Assembly (NCBI GenBank): GCA_934119935.1
Contig: CAKOSX010000001.1
Location: forward strand, 332,299 to 396,298
Length of the DNA stretch: 64,000 nt
Direction of reading: 5' to 3'
Origin: an uncultured Clostridia bacterium
GTDB taxonomy: Bacteria > Bacillota > Clostridia > TANB77 > CAG-508
Shown here: positions 29,661 to 38,831 of the stretch, piece by piece
How the letters are laid out: each line of letters opens with the position of its first letter
Numbering within the stretch: the stretch's first letter is position 1
Notes under the pieces: generated by a model
What the model saw: only the letters and a program-made list of their open reading frames with translations
Database searches by the model: none
What the model was told of the DNA's origin: nothing
Program-made: the position numbers and the translations under genes

Positions 29661-30686
29661 ATGAAAAACATTGAAAGAAGACGGATGAATATGGTGAAAA
29701 CAAGCACCGGAGAAAGGGGAAGCCTGTGGCTTGAAAAACTAGCCATTCCTGAAACGGTAAAAGTTACTGTGAACGGTGAAAAAGTTGTTCCGGCAGGTTT
29801 CGATATTTACGGTCAGCCTTTTTTTACCAAAGAGCAGTGCAAGATGTTCGAGTTTAAGGAAGAAGAACTCAGAAGAGAAAAGAACGATAACAACTTTGAA
29901 TTGAAAGCAGAGGTCACGTACGAAGAAAGAATGTTTGACGTACCGAGAACCAACTTTGATTCGGTTAATGGCATTCAGGAATCTCTCCAGAGTTTGGATA
30001 CCTTAAGTAAGATGATCAAAAACCGGAAGATCTACCACAAAGCATATCCGAAGATTATGCTGAACGAGTTCGTTTTGTTCGGTTATATAAAACTCGAATG
30101 TGCTGGTGGAGTATCTTTTACAACAGACAGGACTCAATTCACTGCGGATATTGAGATATTTCAATATTTCAAGAACCGCAACGAGCAGACCTGTATGTTT
30201 GGTCAGTCTGCTTACACCATTCCGGCACCCCATTCGGTTTGCCCGTGCTGTGGACAAACTATCACAATTCATGATGTGAAAAACAACCCTTGTGTGAAGG
30301 TGCATGGTAAAGTATATCATGAAAGGTGCTGGCAGGAGTTCAGGAAGCTTTCTGAAATCGATTTTTTCACCAGCGTGATAAGTGGTACCTATTCCTTTAC
30401 GGAATATAAGTTTGATTTCAGGGAGAAGGAAGGAAAGGAGCCTTATTATTCCGAGGCGGTGTTCCACACTGTCGACGGAGACATAAAAATCAGTCGGTAT
30501 GGTGAATTCACGGAGGTCGAATGGCTGGACAACTACAAGCCTTTTGACCTGCGTCGAGTCATGAGAGAGCTGAATAAGGGTATTGCCACTGATGGAGAAA
30601 GAAAGGTGTTCTTCATCGAGGATTGCTGGAACAATGCACATGCGTGCATTTATAAAGCAAGAAAGGCGACCACACACACTGCATAA
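29661..30686 (+). CDS. Hypothetical protein (341 aa) with CPCC...H..C zinc-ribbon-like motif, high-GC cassette
   Basis: Strong RBS taggagg; GC about 45%; no recognisable family. Confidence 0.55.
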   Translation: MKNIERRRMNMVKTSTGERGSLWLEKLAIPETVKVTVNGEKVVPAGFDIYGQPFFTKEQCKMFEFKEEELRREKNDNNFELKAEVTYEERMFDVPRTNFDSVNGIQESLQSLDTLSKMIKNRKIYHKAYPKIMLNEFVLFGYIKLECAGGVSFTTDRTQFTADIEIFQYFKNRNEQTCMFGQSAYTIPAPHSVCPCCGQTITIHDVKNNPCVKVHGKVYHERCWQEFRKLSEIDFFTSVISGTYSFTEYKFDFREKEGKEPYYSEAVFHTVDGDIKISRYGEFTEVEWLDNYKPFDLRRVMRELNKGIATDGERKVFFIEDCWNNAHACIYKARKATTHTA

Positions 30687-30710
30687 AATCTGACAACCAA
30701 TTCAATGTTA

Positions 30711-30750
30711 CCCCCGCCCGGGACTCGTTCCTGGGTGGGGGCTTTTTAAT
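30711..30750 (+). terminator. GC-rich rho-independent terminator
   Basis: cccccgcccggga-ctcgt-tcctgggtggggg then CTTTTT. Confidence 0.75.
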
Positions 30751-30814
30751 AAAATATAGAATATATTTATTAAGGACAACAAAAAAAGTACTAATTATAA
30801 TTAGTATCTTACTT

Positions 30815-30896
30815 TGGTGCGGATGAAGGGACTTGACGAGCCACGTCGGGAAAACCGTCCACCGGACGCTTTTCTAATCCTCCTTTTCAAGTCCAC
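30815..30896 (-). other. tRNA 3'-end mimic element, copy 4 (Leu type)
   Basis: Reverse complement: gtggacttga-aaaggaggattagaaaagcGTCCggtGGACggttttcccgacgtggctcg-TCAAGTCCCTTCATCCGCACCA. The 3' 22 nt equal the 3' end of the adjacent tRNA-Leu. The 5' ggacttga is complementary to tcaagtcc. Confidence 0.7.
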
Positions 30897-30951
30897 AAAA
30901 ATTCTCAAAGGTAACAAAAAAAGATACCAATTATAAATTAGTATCTCATTC

Positions 30952-31035
30952 TGGTGCGGATGAAGGGACTTGAACCCCCACGTCGTTGACACTGGTTCCT
31001 AAGACCAGCGCGTCTGCCAATTCCGCCACATCCGC
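30952..31035 (-). tRNA. tRNA-Leu (anticodon UAG), long variable arm, CCA encoded
   Basis: Reverse complement GCGGATGTGGCGGAATTGGCAGACGCGCTGGTCTTAGGAACCAG...CATCCGCACCA; anticodon loop CTTAGGA. Confidence 0.9.
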
Positions 31036-31170
31036 ATATGTTATTTTTAACACTTAATTATAATAGCACAATAATGTTTTGATTGTCAAGTATAAAATTA
31101 AAAAAATATAAAATTTTATAACAAAATTTTAAAAGGCTTTTAAAGAGTAAAGTTTTATGATATACTTTAT

Positions 31171-31374
31171 ATGAAATTTTTTTGTAAAACACGAAAGGGA
31201 TTAATCAGTATGAAAGAGAAAACATTTAAAGACTTAGGTTTGGATGATGGAGATAAATATTTAGAACAAATGGCAGGGGTACTAGATTTAGCAGGATTAG
31301 AAGATATTTTAAACGAAAAAGATGATGAAGAAAAATTAGAAAAGAAAATGAAAGATATAAAGGATAAAATATAA
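31171..31374 (+). CDS. Small acidic hypothetical protein
   Basis: 67 aa ORF; true start may be internal Met (MKEKTFKD). Confidence 0.3.
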   Translation: MKFFCKTRKGLISMKEKTFKDLGLDDGDKYLEQMAGVLDLAGLEDILNEKDDEEKLEKKMKDIKDKI

Positions 31375-31419
31375 GGATATGGGGGTTATAGGTAAAACCG
31401 TAAAAAACCTAAATATATT

Positions 31420-32841
31420 GTGCAAGGTAAAAAGATGAATCAAATTCCAGAAAAAAAGAGTAAAAAGTACATAGTAGATATTCCAGTAAAAAAGAATGAA
31501 AAATATATAGTAGATATAATTGATAATGGTTTTGGAGGAGAAGGGATTGCTAAAGTTGATGGTTTCACAATTTTTGTTCCGAATGCTTTAAAAGGCGAAA
31601 AATGTGAAGTACTAATTGTAAAAGTTTTATCATCACAAGCGTACGGAAAAGTAATCAAGATTCTAGAAACATCAGAAGATAGAGTGGAACCAGATTGTGC
31701 CACTTATCAAAGATGTGGTGGATGTGATTTAAGACACATGACATATGATGCAACTTTAAACTTAAAAAGAAATACAGTGCAAGGCCTAATAAATAAGAGT
31801 TTACAAAATAAAATTGAAGCAGAGAAAACAATGGGAATGGAAAATCCGTATAACTATAGAAATAAAGCACAATTTCCAGTTGGAGTTGATAAAGAAGGAA
31901 ATCCAACAGTTGGTGTATTTGCACAAAGAAGTCATACAATAATACCAATTCAAAACTGTAAAATTCAAACTGAGATATCGCAAGAAATTGCCAGAAGAAT
32001 AATAGAATTTATCAAAGAAAATAAAATATCAATATATGATGAAGAAATGCAAAGCGGAGCAATAAGACATATAGTGATAAAAGTTGGAAAATACACGAAT
32101 CAAATAATGTGTATATTAGTTGTAAACGAAGAAATTGGCAAAGTAAATGAAAACAAGTTAGTAGAAATGTTATGTACTAAATATAAAAATATAAAAACAA
32201 TAGTAAAAAACATAAACAATAAAAATACAAATGTTATACTAGGAAAACAAAATGTAAACCTATATGGTAACGGCTACATAGAGGATAAACTAGGAGAATA
32301 CACTTTCAAAATATCTCCGATGTCATTCTATCAAGTAAATCCTATACAAGCAGAGGTACTTTATAACACTGCGATAGAAGCAGCAAATTTGAGCAAAGAA
32401 GACACATTATTCGACCTATATTGTGGAATTGGAACGATAGGAATATTTGCATCAAAATATGTAAAACAGGTCTATGGTATTGAGATTGTTGAGCAAGCGA
32501 TTGAAGATGCAAAAGAAAATGCAAAAATAAATAAAGTGGAAAATGCAGAATTTATATGTGGAGATGTAGAATTCGCATTTGATGAATTAATAAATAAGAA
32601 AAAAATAATTCCAACGGCAATAATAGTAGATCCACCAAGAAAAGGACTGGACGAAAAAACAATACAAAACATATTAAAAATAAAACCAGAAAAATTAGTG
32701 TACATAAGTTGTAACCCAGCAACTATGGTAAGAGATATTTCAAAAATGGAAGAAGTGTATACTGCAGAAAAAATACAGCCAGTTGATATGTTCCCATATA
32801 CAAGCAGTGTGGAATGCGTAACAGTATTAAAGATTAAATAA
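31420..32841 (+). CDS. rlmD: 23S rRNA (uracil-C5)-methyltransferase RlmD/RumA (TRAM + Fe-S + SAM MTase)
   Basis: TRAM domain; CxxxxxxCxxC..C cluster (CATYQRCGGCDLRHM); C-terminal MTase with DPPRKG. Confidence 0.8.
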   Translation: MQGKKMNQIPEKKSKKYIVDIPVKKNEKYIVDIIDNGFGGEGIAKVDGFTIFVPNALKGEKCEVLIVKVLSSQAYGKVIKILETSEDRVEPDCATYQRCGGCDLRHMTYDATLNLKRNTVQGLINKSLQNKIEAEKTMGMENPYNYRNKAQFPVGVDKEGNPTVGVFAQRSHTIIPIQNCKIQTEISQEIARRIIEFIKENKISIYDEEMQSGAIRHIVIKVGKYTNQIMCILVVNEEIGKVNENKLVEMLCTKYKNIKTIVKNINNKNTNVILGKQNVNLYGNGYIEDKLGEYTFKISPMSFYQVNPIQAEVLYNTAIEAANLSKEDTLFDLYCGIGTIGIFASKYVKQVYGIEIVEQAIEDAKENAKINKVENAEFICGDVEFAFDELINKKKIIPTAIIVDPPRKGLDEKTIQNILKIKPEKLVYISCNPATMVRDISKMEEVYTAEKIQPVDMFPYTSSVECVTVLKIK

Positions 32842-32927
32842 AAGGGGAAAAATAAAAAATGGATATTTACTAGCAAGTGTGCCAAGTTTTTCAGAATTTA
32901 TAATATAAAACATAAGGAGAAAATTAC

Positions 32928-33719
32928 ATGGACATACCATTGTATACAACTAAACAATTGAAGAAAAAGGAGCATGACTTTTGTCTATGTATTCCAATAT
33001 ATAATGAAGGAAGAAAAATAACAAGTGAATTACAGAAGGCTAATAGCTTTGGTGTAACTAATGTAGTAGATATTGTACTGTTAGATGGTGGCTCTACGGA
33101 CGGCACAACAGATATTGAATTTCTACAAACTAACAATGTAAACACATTAATAGAGATGGAAGAAAAAGGATTATATAGACAATCAGAGGCGCTAAAAGCT
33201 GGATTCGATTTTGCAATTAAAAGAAATTATGCAGGCGTAGTAACAATAGATGGAAACAACAAAGATGGAATAAATAAAGTAATAGACTTTGTAGAAAAGC
33301 TAAAAGAAGGCTATGACTATATTCAAGGTTCCAGGTTTATTGAAGGAGGAACAGAAAGAAATACTCCTCCAATAAGATTGTTTGCCATCAAGTGTATTCA
33401 TGCGCCCATAATTTCTTTTATTTGTAAAAAGAAGTACACAGATACAACTAACTTATTTAGAGGATATTCGATGAAATATTTGCAAGATAATAGAGTGCAA
33501 CCGTTTAGAAAAGTATTCAAATCGTACGAGTTATCTACTTATTTGTCGACCAGAGCCGATCAACTTGGAATGAAAACATGCGAAATACCAGTCGATAGGG
33601 AATATCCCTATACTAAAAAGTATCCTACAAAGGTTGGAAAAGTAAAGGGAAATGCACTTATAATAAAATCGCTTATAGAGGATTTGTTTGGAAAATATAA
33701 TATTAATGGGGAAAAATGA
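32928..33719 (+). CDS. Family 2 glycosyltransferase
   Basis: CIPIYNEG...VLLDGGSTDGT GT2 DxD region; 4-nt overlap with downstream fkp-like gene. Confidence 0.75.
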   Translation: MDIPLYTTKQLKKKEHDFCLCIPIYNEGRKITSELQKANSFGVTNVVDIVLLDGGSTDGTTDIEFLQTNNVNTLIEMEEKGLYRQSEALKAGFDFAIKRNYAGVVTIDGNNKDGINKVIDFVEKLKEGYDYIQGSRFIEGGTERNTPPIRLFAIKCIHAPIISFICKKKYTDTTNLFRGYSMKYLQDNRVQPFRKVFKSYELSTYLSTRADQLGMKTCEIPVDREYPYTKKYPTKVGKVKGNALIIKSLIEDLFGKYNINGEK

Positions 33720-36697
33720 TGAAGAATTATAAAGAAACGTTTATGAGAGAAACTTATAAAGATTGCTGGATGTACTATAAGCAAACATTAGAAAAAAATT
33801 ACGAAAATGTGTGGGATTGGGTGGTTGTAACAGCTTCAAACGATGAGCAAGCCGAATTTTATGAGTCTGAAATAAGTAGCAGAAAAAATGCTGGATTACT
33901 GCCACAAAAAACGAAATTTATAGTAGTTGCAGACATCAAAGGGAAGAGAATTGGTTCTGGTGGTGCAACTTTAAATGTTATAAAGAGAATCAAGGAAGAA
34001 CAAGAAAAGATTGATAATCTAAAAATTTTGGTTTTGCATTCTGGAGGGGATAGCAAAAGAATTCCACAGTATTCTGCGTCAGGCAAGCTGTTTGCTCCAA
34101 TCCAGAGAACATTGCCAGATGGAAGAAGTTCCACCATTTTTGATGAGATATTGATATCGTATTCTGCTATTCCTAGTAGAATGCAGGCTGGAATGCTAAT
34201 ATTATCTGGTGATGTCCTGTTTTTGTTTAGTTGTTTTCAGGTGAATTTGCAATATGTTGATAGTGCAGCAATTTCTACGAAAGCAACAATTGCAGAAGGA
34301 ATTTGTCATGGCGTTTTTGTAACAGACAAAGACAATTACGTAAAAAAATTTTTGCATAAACAGCCAGAACAGGTATTAGAGAATCAGAATGCTATAGACA
34401 AAAATGGATTTGTTGATATAGATACAGGAGCTGTATATTTTAATTCTAAGATTGTTGAGGAGTTGTATAATCTAATTTCGGAAAACGGTGAAACGAATAA
34501 TGACAAATTTAATGAATTCGCAAATGAGAATGTTAGAATAAGTTTGTATAATGATTTTGTATATGTATTATCTAAAGAGGCAACCCTCGAATCTTATTTA
34601 AAAGAAAAGCCAGAAGGTAGATTTTCAAAAGAATTAATTGAATGCAGAAAAAAGATATGGGGTAGGTTGGGCAAATATACTATGAAAGTTATAAAAACAT
34701 ATCCATCAAAATTTATTCATCTTGGAACAAATGCTGAACTTCTTAAATTTTTAAATTCAGAAAAAGAGATATTTAATGACTGGAATTTAGAAAGAAATGT
34801 GTTGTGTAACATAAAAGGCAAAAGCTTCACAACAAATACTTCATACATAGATGAGAACACAATTGTTGGAGATGGATGTTATATAGAACATAGTAGAATA
34901 ATGAACTGCAAAATAGGTAAGAACTCCATAATTTCAAATACCGAGCTGGAAAATGTGGTTGTGCCAAGCAATGTATGCATCAACACATTAAAGCAGAAAG
35001 ATGGTAAGTATGTTACAAGAATATGGGGAATAGAAGATAATGCCAAGAAGAACATTAAAGAATCAACACTGTTTGGTAATTCTATTAAAGAGAAATTCCT
35101 TAATATTGACAACAATCAAAATATGGAACTATGGAATGCAAAACTCTATGTTCCATGTGATACTCGTAAGGATAGTGTATTTTATGCACTGCTATTGTAC
35201 AATATTTGTAATGGAAAAACGTCAAAAACAGATGAAGAAAAATATCTTTGCAGACCAAGAGTAAGTCTAAGTGAAAGCTTTGAAAACTGTGATATAAATT
35301 ACTTAGTTCAACAACATAAATTATTAGAAGTAGAAATAAGAAGCCTGCAGTTTATAAAAAAGATAATGGATAAACAACCACTAAAAAAGAATATAGATAT
35401 ATTGCTAAATAGTCCTGATGTAAATTTGCAAATAGAAAATTTGCAAACAAAGGCCATTGAAGAAGAACCGTATGTTAGGCTAAGAATATATATGGGACTG
35501 GAATTAATTAATAAAACAATAAAGAAGTATCAGTGTGGATATTTTGAAAATATGTGTTATGACGAAATCGAAAACATGATAAGTCAACATGATAGTGCAT
35601 GGATTAGCAACAAGCACCGAAAAGAAAGCACGGTAGAAATGCCAATAAGAGTCAACTTTGGAGGAGGATGGTCAGACACACCCCCATATTGTAACGAAAA
35701 TGGAGGAAGTGTGTTAAATGCCGCATTTTTGCTAAACGGTAAATTTCCTATAAGATGCAGTGTAAAAGAAATAAAAGATAGTAAAATAATACTAAGAAGT
35801 ATAGACTTAAATATCGAAAAAGAATTTACAAAGATAGAGCAGCTAAAAGATTGCGGCAACATAAACGATGAATTTATATTGCTAAAATCGGCACTTGTAA
35901 TTAGCGGAGTAATTCGAGAGAGTGACAAAAATATAGAAGACGTCATACAAAGAATCGGTTGTGGAATATGTTTAGAGACAGATGTGACACAGGTACCTAA
36001 GGGCTCTGGATTAGGAACGAGCAGTATACTTGCCGGTGCATGCATTAAAGCAATATATCAATTCTTTAATGTTGAAATATCGGATGAAGAAATATGTTAC
36101 AAAGTGCTAGAACAAGAACAGCTGATGGAAACTTGCGGTGGATGGCAGGATCAAATTGGCGGAATATTGCCGGGGGTAAAATATACTTGCACAGAAGCGG
36201 GAAATAAACAAAAATTTAACATAGAAAGCCTACAATTATCAGAAAAAATAATTAAACAAATTAATGAAAGAATGGTGCTAATTTATACTGGACAACAGAG
36301 AATAGCAAAAAATCTACTGCGAGAAATTATGAACGACTACATAATAAACAATGAAAACACTTGCAAAACAATAAGCAAAATAAAAATGATGGCAGGCAAA
36401 ATGAAGAAAAGCTTAGAAGAAAACAACTTACAAGAATTTTGCAAATTACTTAATGAACATTGGAAACTATCAAAAAAATTAGATGCAGGATGCACGAACA
36501 CATGCATAGACCAAATTTTAAATGCATGTGATGACTTAATAGATGGCAGGATGATTTGTGGAGCCGGTGGCGGAGGCTTTCTTCAAGTAGTGACGAAGCA
36601 AAATGTAAAGAAGGAAGAAATAGCAAATAGAATTAGCCAAGTATTTCAAGAGAGTGGAGTACAAGTTTACAATGTAGAAATATGGAAAAATAGATAA
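33716..36697 (+). CDS. fkp: Bifunctional L-fucokinase / fucose-1-phosphate guanylyltransferase (Fkp-like)
   Basis: 993 aa; N-terminal GDP-fucose pyrophosphorylase-like domain; C-terminal GHMP kinase ATP motif PKGSGLGTSSILAGA. Confidence 0.7.
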   Translation: MMKNYKETFMRETYKDCWMYYKQTLEKNYENVWDWVVVTASNDEQAEFYESEISSRKNAGLLPQKTKFIVVADIKGKRIGSGGATLNVIKRIKEEQEKIDNLKILVLHSGGDSKRIPQYSASGKLFAPIQRTLPDGRSSTIFDEILISYSAIPSRMQAGMLILSGDVLFLFSCFQVNLQYVDSAAISTKATIAEGICHGVFVTDKDNYVKKFLHKQPEQVLENQNAIDKNGFVDIDTGAVYFNSKIVEELYNLISENGETNNDKFNEFANENVRISLYNDFVYVLSKEATLESYLKEKPEGRFSKELIECRKKIWGRLGKYTMKVIKTYPSKFIHLGTNAELLKFLNSEKEIFNDWNLERNVLCNIKGKSFTTNTSYIDENTIVGDGCYIEHSRIMNCKIGKNSIISNTELENVVVPSNVCINTLKQKDGKYVTRIWGIEDNAKKNIKESTLFGNSIKEKFLNIDNNQNMELWNAKLYVPCDTRKDSVFYALLLYNICNGKTSKTDEEKYLCRPRVSLSESFENCDINYLVQQHKLLEVEIRSLQFIKKIMDKQPLKKNIDILLNSPDVNLQIENLQTKAIEEEPYVRLRIYMGLELINKTIKKYQCGYFENMCYDEIENMISQHDSAWISNKHRKESTVEMPIRVNFGGGWSDTPPYCNENGGSVLNAAFLLNGKFPIRCSVKEIKDSKIILRSIDLNIEKEFTKIEQLKDCGNINDEFILLKSALVISGVIRESDKNIEDVIQRIGCGICLETDVTQVPKGSGLGTSSILAGACIKAIYQFFNVEISDEEICYKVLEQEQLMETCGGWQDQIGGILPGVKYTCTEAGNKQKFNIESLQLSEKIIKQINERMVLIYTGQQRIAKNLLREIMNDYIINNENTCKTISKIKMMAGKMKKSLEENNLQEFCKLLNEHWKLSKKLDAGCTNTCIDQILNACDDLIDGRMICGAGGGGFLQVVTKQNVKKEEIANRISQVFQESGVQVYNVEIWKNR

Positions 36698-36778
36698 AAC
36701 ATTAGAACATTATGTTAGAAAAATAACAAAATGGTTGGTAAAAAATATGTTGAAAAAAGCTAAAAAATTGACAACTTT

Positions 36779-36810
36779 GTTGCATGGAAAATTTATTAAT
36801 GGTATACTTT
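36779..36810 (+). promoter_or_regulatory. Promoter of phase-variable surface protein gene
   Basis: TTGCAT-17 nt (ends TGg)-TATACT, extended -10. Confidence 0.5.
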
Positions 36811-36841
36811 AGGCAAAGTAAAAACTTAGGAGGAAAGAGGA

Positions 36842-38825
36842 ATGAATAAGAAAATAAAAGAGGCTGAAAACCTTATGGCTGTACACACACACACACACAC
36901 ACGGACATTTTAAAGAAAAGGGAATAACATTAATTGCATTAGTAATCACAATTGTTGTTCTACTAATTCTAGCAGGAATAAGTTTGAACTTAGTACTTGG
37001 TGAGAACGGCATTGTTACGAAGGCGAAAGATGCAAGAGAACAAACAATAATAGGGCATGAAAAAGAGCAAATAAACTTAGCATATTCAGCATGTAAAACA
37101 AGAGAAAACTTTGATGATTTAGTTACAGCAAGTGAACTCGAAACAGAAATGAAAAAGTCAAATGAAAATGTATCTGTAGCAGCAGACGGAGACAATCTTG
37201 TTATTACGTTTGAAGAGACGAAGCACCAATACAACATTGGACAAGATGGAAGTTTTAAAGAAAATACTAATCAAAATATTGATTGGAGCACATTAGAGCC
37301 AGGGTTATACAAGACGGGAACATCAGAGATGATAAAATCTTGGCAAGAATTGATTGATGATGGAGACATAACAGTAGAAGGAACAAAGCTTAATGAAATT
37401 AAGACGATTTTTAGTTATGGCCAAGATGTAACTATGCCTCTGGCAGGAGATTTGATTATATCAAATGATATGACAGAAATTGGTAGCCTTACAGGAGGAA
37501 AAGCAGCTTGCTATGTTGGAAAATCAGGCATTACAGGCGTATATGTTCCATCAAGTGTAAAAAAGTTGACAAGTAGTAGTCAGTATGGCTATGGTGGCTT
37601 TTTTGCTATGTTTGATATGAAGAAAATTGTTATTGAAGAAGGGCTGGAAGAAATAGGAGATTATTCGTTTGCTAGTTGTTACAATCTTATAGAGGTAGAA
37701 TTACCAGATAGTGTTACAACAGTTGGTGACTATGCTTTCGCATGGAGCAGTAATATAGTGAATGTAAAAATACCGGATAATGTTATACTTGGCAAAGCAT
37801 GCTTTATAAGTAATAGATTAACCCAAATTCCTCAAAACATAACATCGATTGGTGAAACTATGTTTGCTAACTGTGAAGAATTGAAGGTGGTCAATATTCC
37901 AAATGGTATTACATCAATTGGAGCTAGAGCTTTTTCCGGTTGTGGTAATATAACGAGTATTAATATTCCAAGTAGTGTAAAAGTAATAGGAGAAGGAGCC
38001 TTTTTATACTGTGGTAATATAACGAACATTAATATTCCAGCTAGTGTAAAAGTAATAGGAAGAGAAGCTTTTTCCCGTTGTGGTAATATAACGAGTATTA
38101 ATATCCCAAATAGTGTAAAGAAAATAGGAGCTGAGGCTTTCAAGGATTGTGTGAACCTATCTGACATAAATGGATTTGACAATGCAATTTCAGTTGGTCT
38201 AAGGTCTCTAGATGGAACAAAGTGGTATAATAGTCAACCAGATGGAGAGGTATATATAGGAAAGACATTGTATAATTATAAAGGAACAATGTCAGCCGAT
38301 ACTAGATTAAAAATAAAAGATGGGACAGAAAATATTGCTGATAGAGCTTTTGAAGACTGTACAGGGCTAATTGAAGTGACACTACCATCTAGTGTAAAGA
38401 ATGTAGGAGAATATTGTTTTTATAATTGCAAAAATTTATCTGATGTAAATGTAAATGAAAGCATTGAGAGAATTGGATGGTGTGCTTTCAGCGGAACAAA
38501 ATGGCAAGATAGTCAAAATGATGGGTATATATACATAGGAAATGTACTTTATTATTATAAAGGTAGTGAAAGACCAAAAGAAGTACAGGTCAAGGATGGG
38601 ACAATCAGTATTACGGAAAGTGCTATTTATCCAGATACTATAATCATACCTAAAAGCGTGAAATATATAGGAGAAGGAATATTAGGAAGTAGGTGGAGTT
38701 GGAGTACATCACATAATTGTGTTGTAAATTATATGGGAACAGAAGAGGAATGGAATTCAATTGAAATTGAAGAATCAAATTTTTCTGGCAATCTTACCAT
38801 AAACTACAATTATACTGGAGAATAA
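36842..38825 (+). CDS. Prepilin-like-leader BspA-type leucine-rich repeat surface protein, phase-variable, currently frameshifted OFF
   Basis: ATG 36842 with RBS aggagg reads MNKKIKEAENLMAVHTHTHTRTF-stop. The -1 frame continues GHFKEKGITLIALVITIVVLLILAGISLNLVLGENG and LRR_5 repeats (IP.SV.SIG..AF..C). No start codon in the long frame. Confidence 0.7.
36883..36902 (+). repeat. (AC)10 dinucleotide tract inside 5' coding region
   Basis: gtACACACACACACACACACACgg at codons 15-21 of the ORF starting at ATG 36842. Confidence 0.95.
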
Positions 38826-38831
38826 TTTAAA

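Noticed and set aside
30003-30677. 224-aa antisense ORF inside the 29661..30686 high-GC gene
   Set aside because: High-GC DNA produces long spurious reverse-frame ORFs. The + frame has a strong RBS, promoter and terminator.
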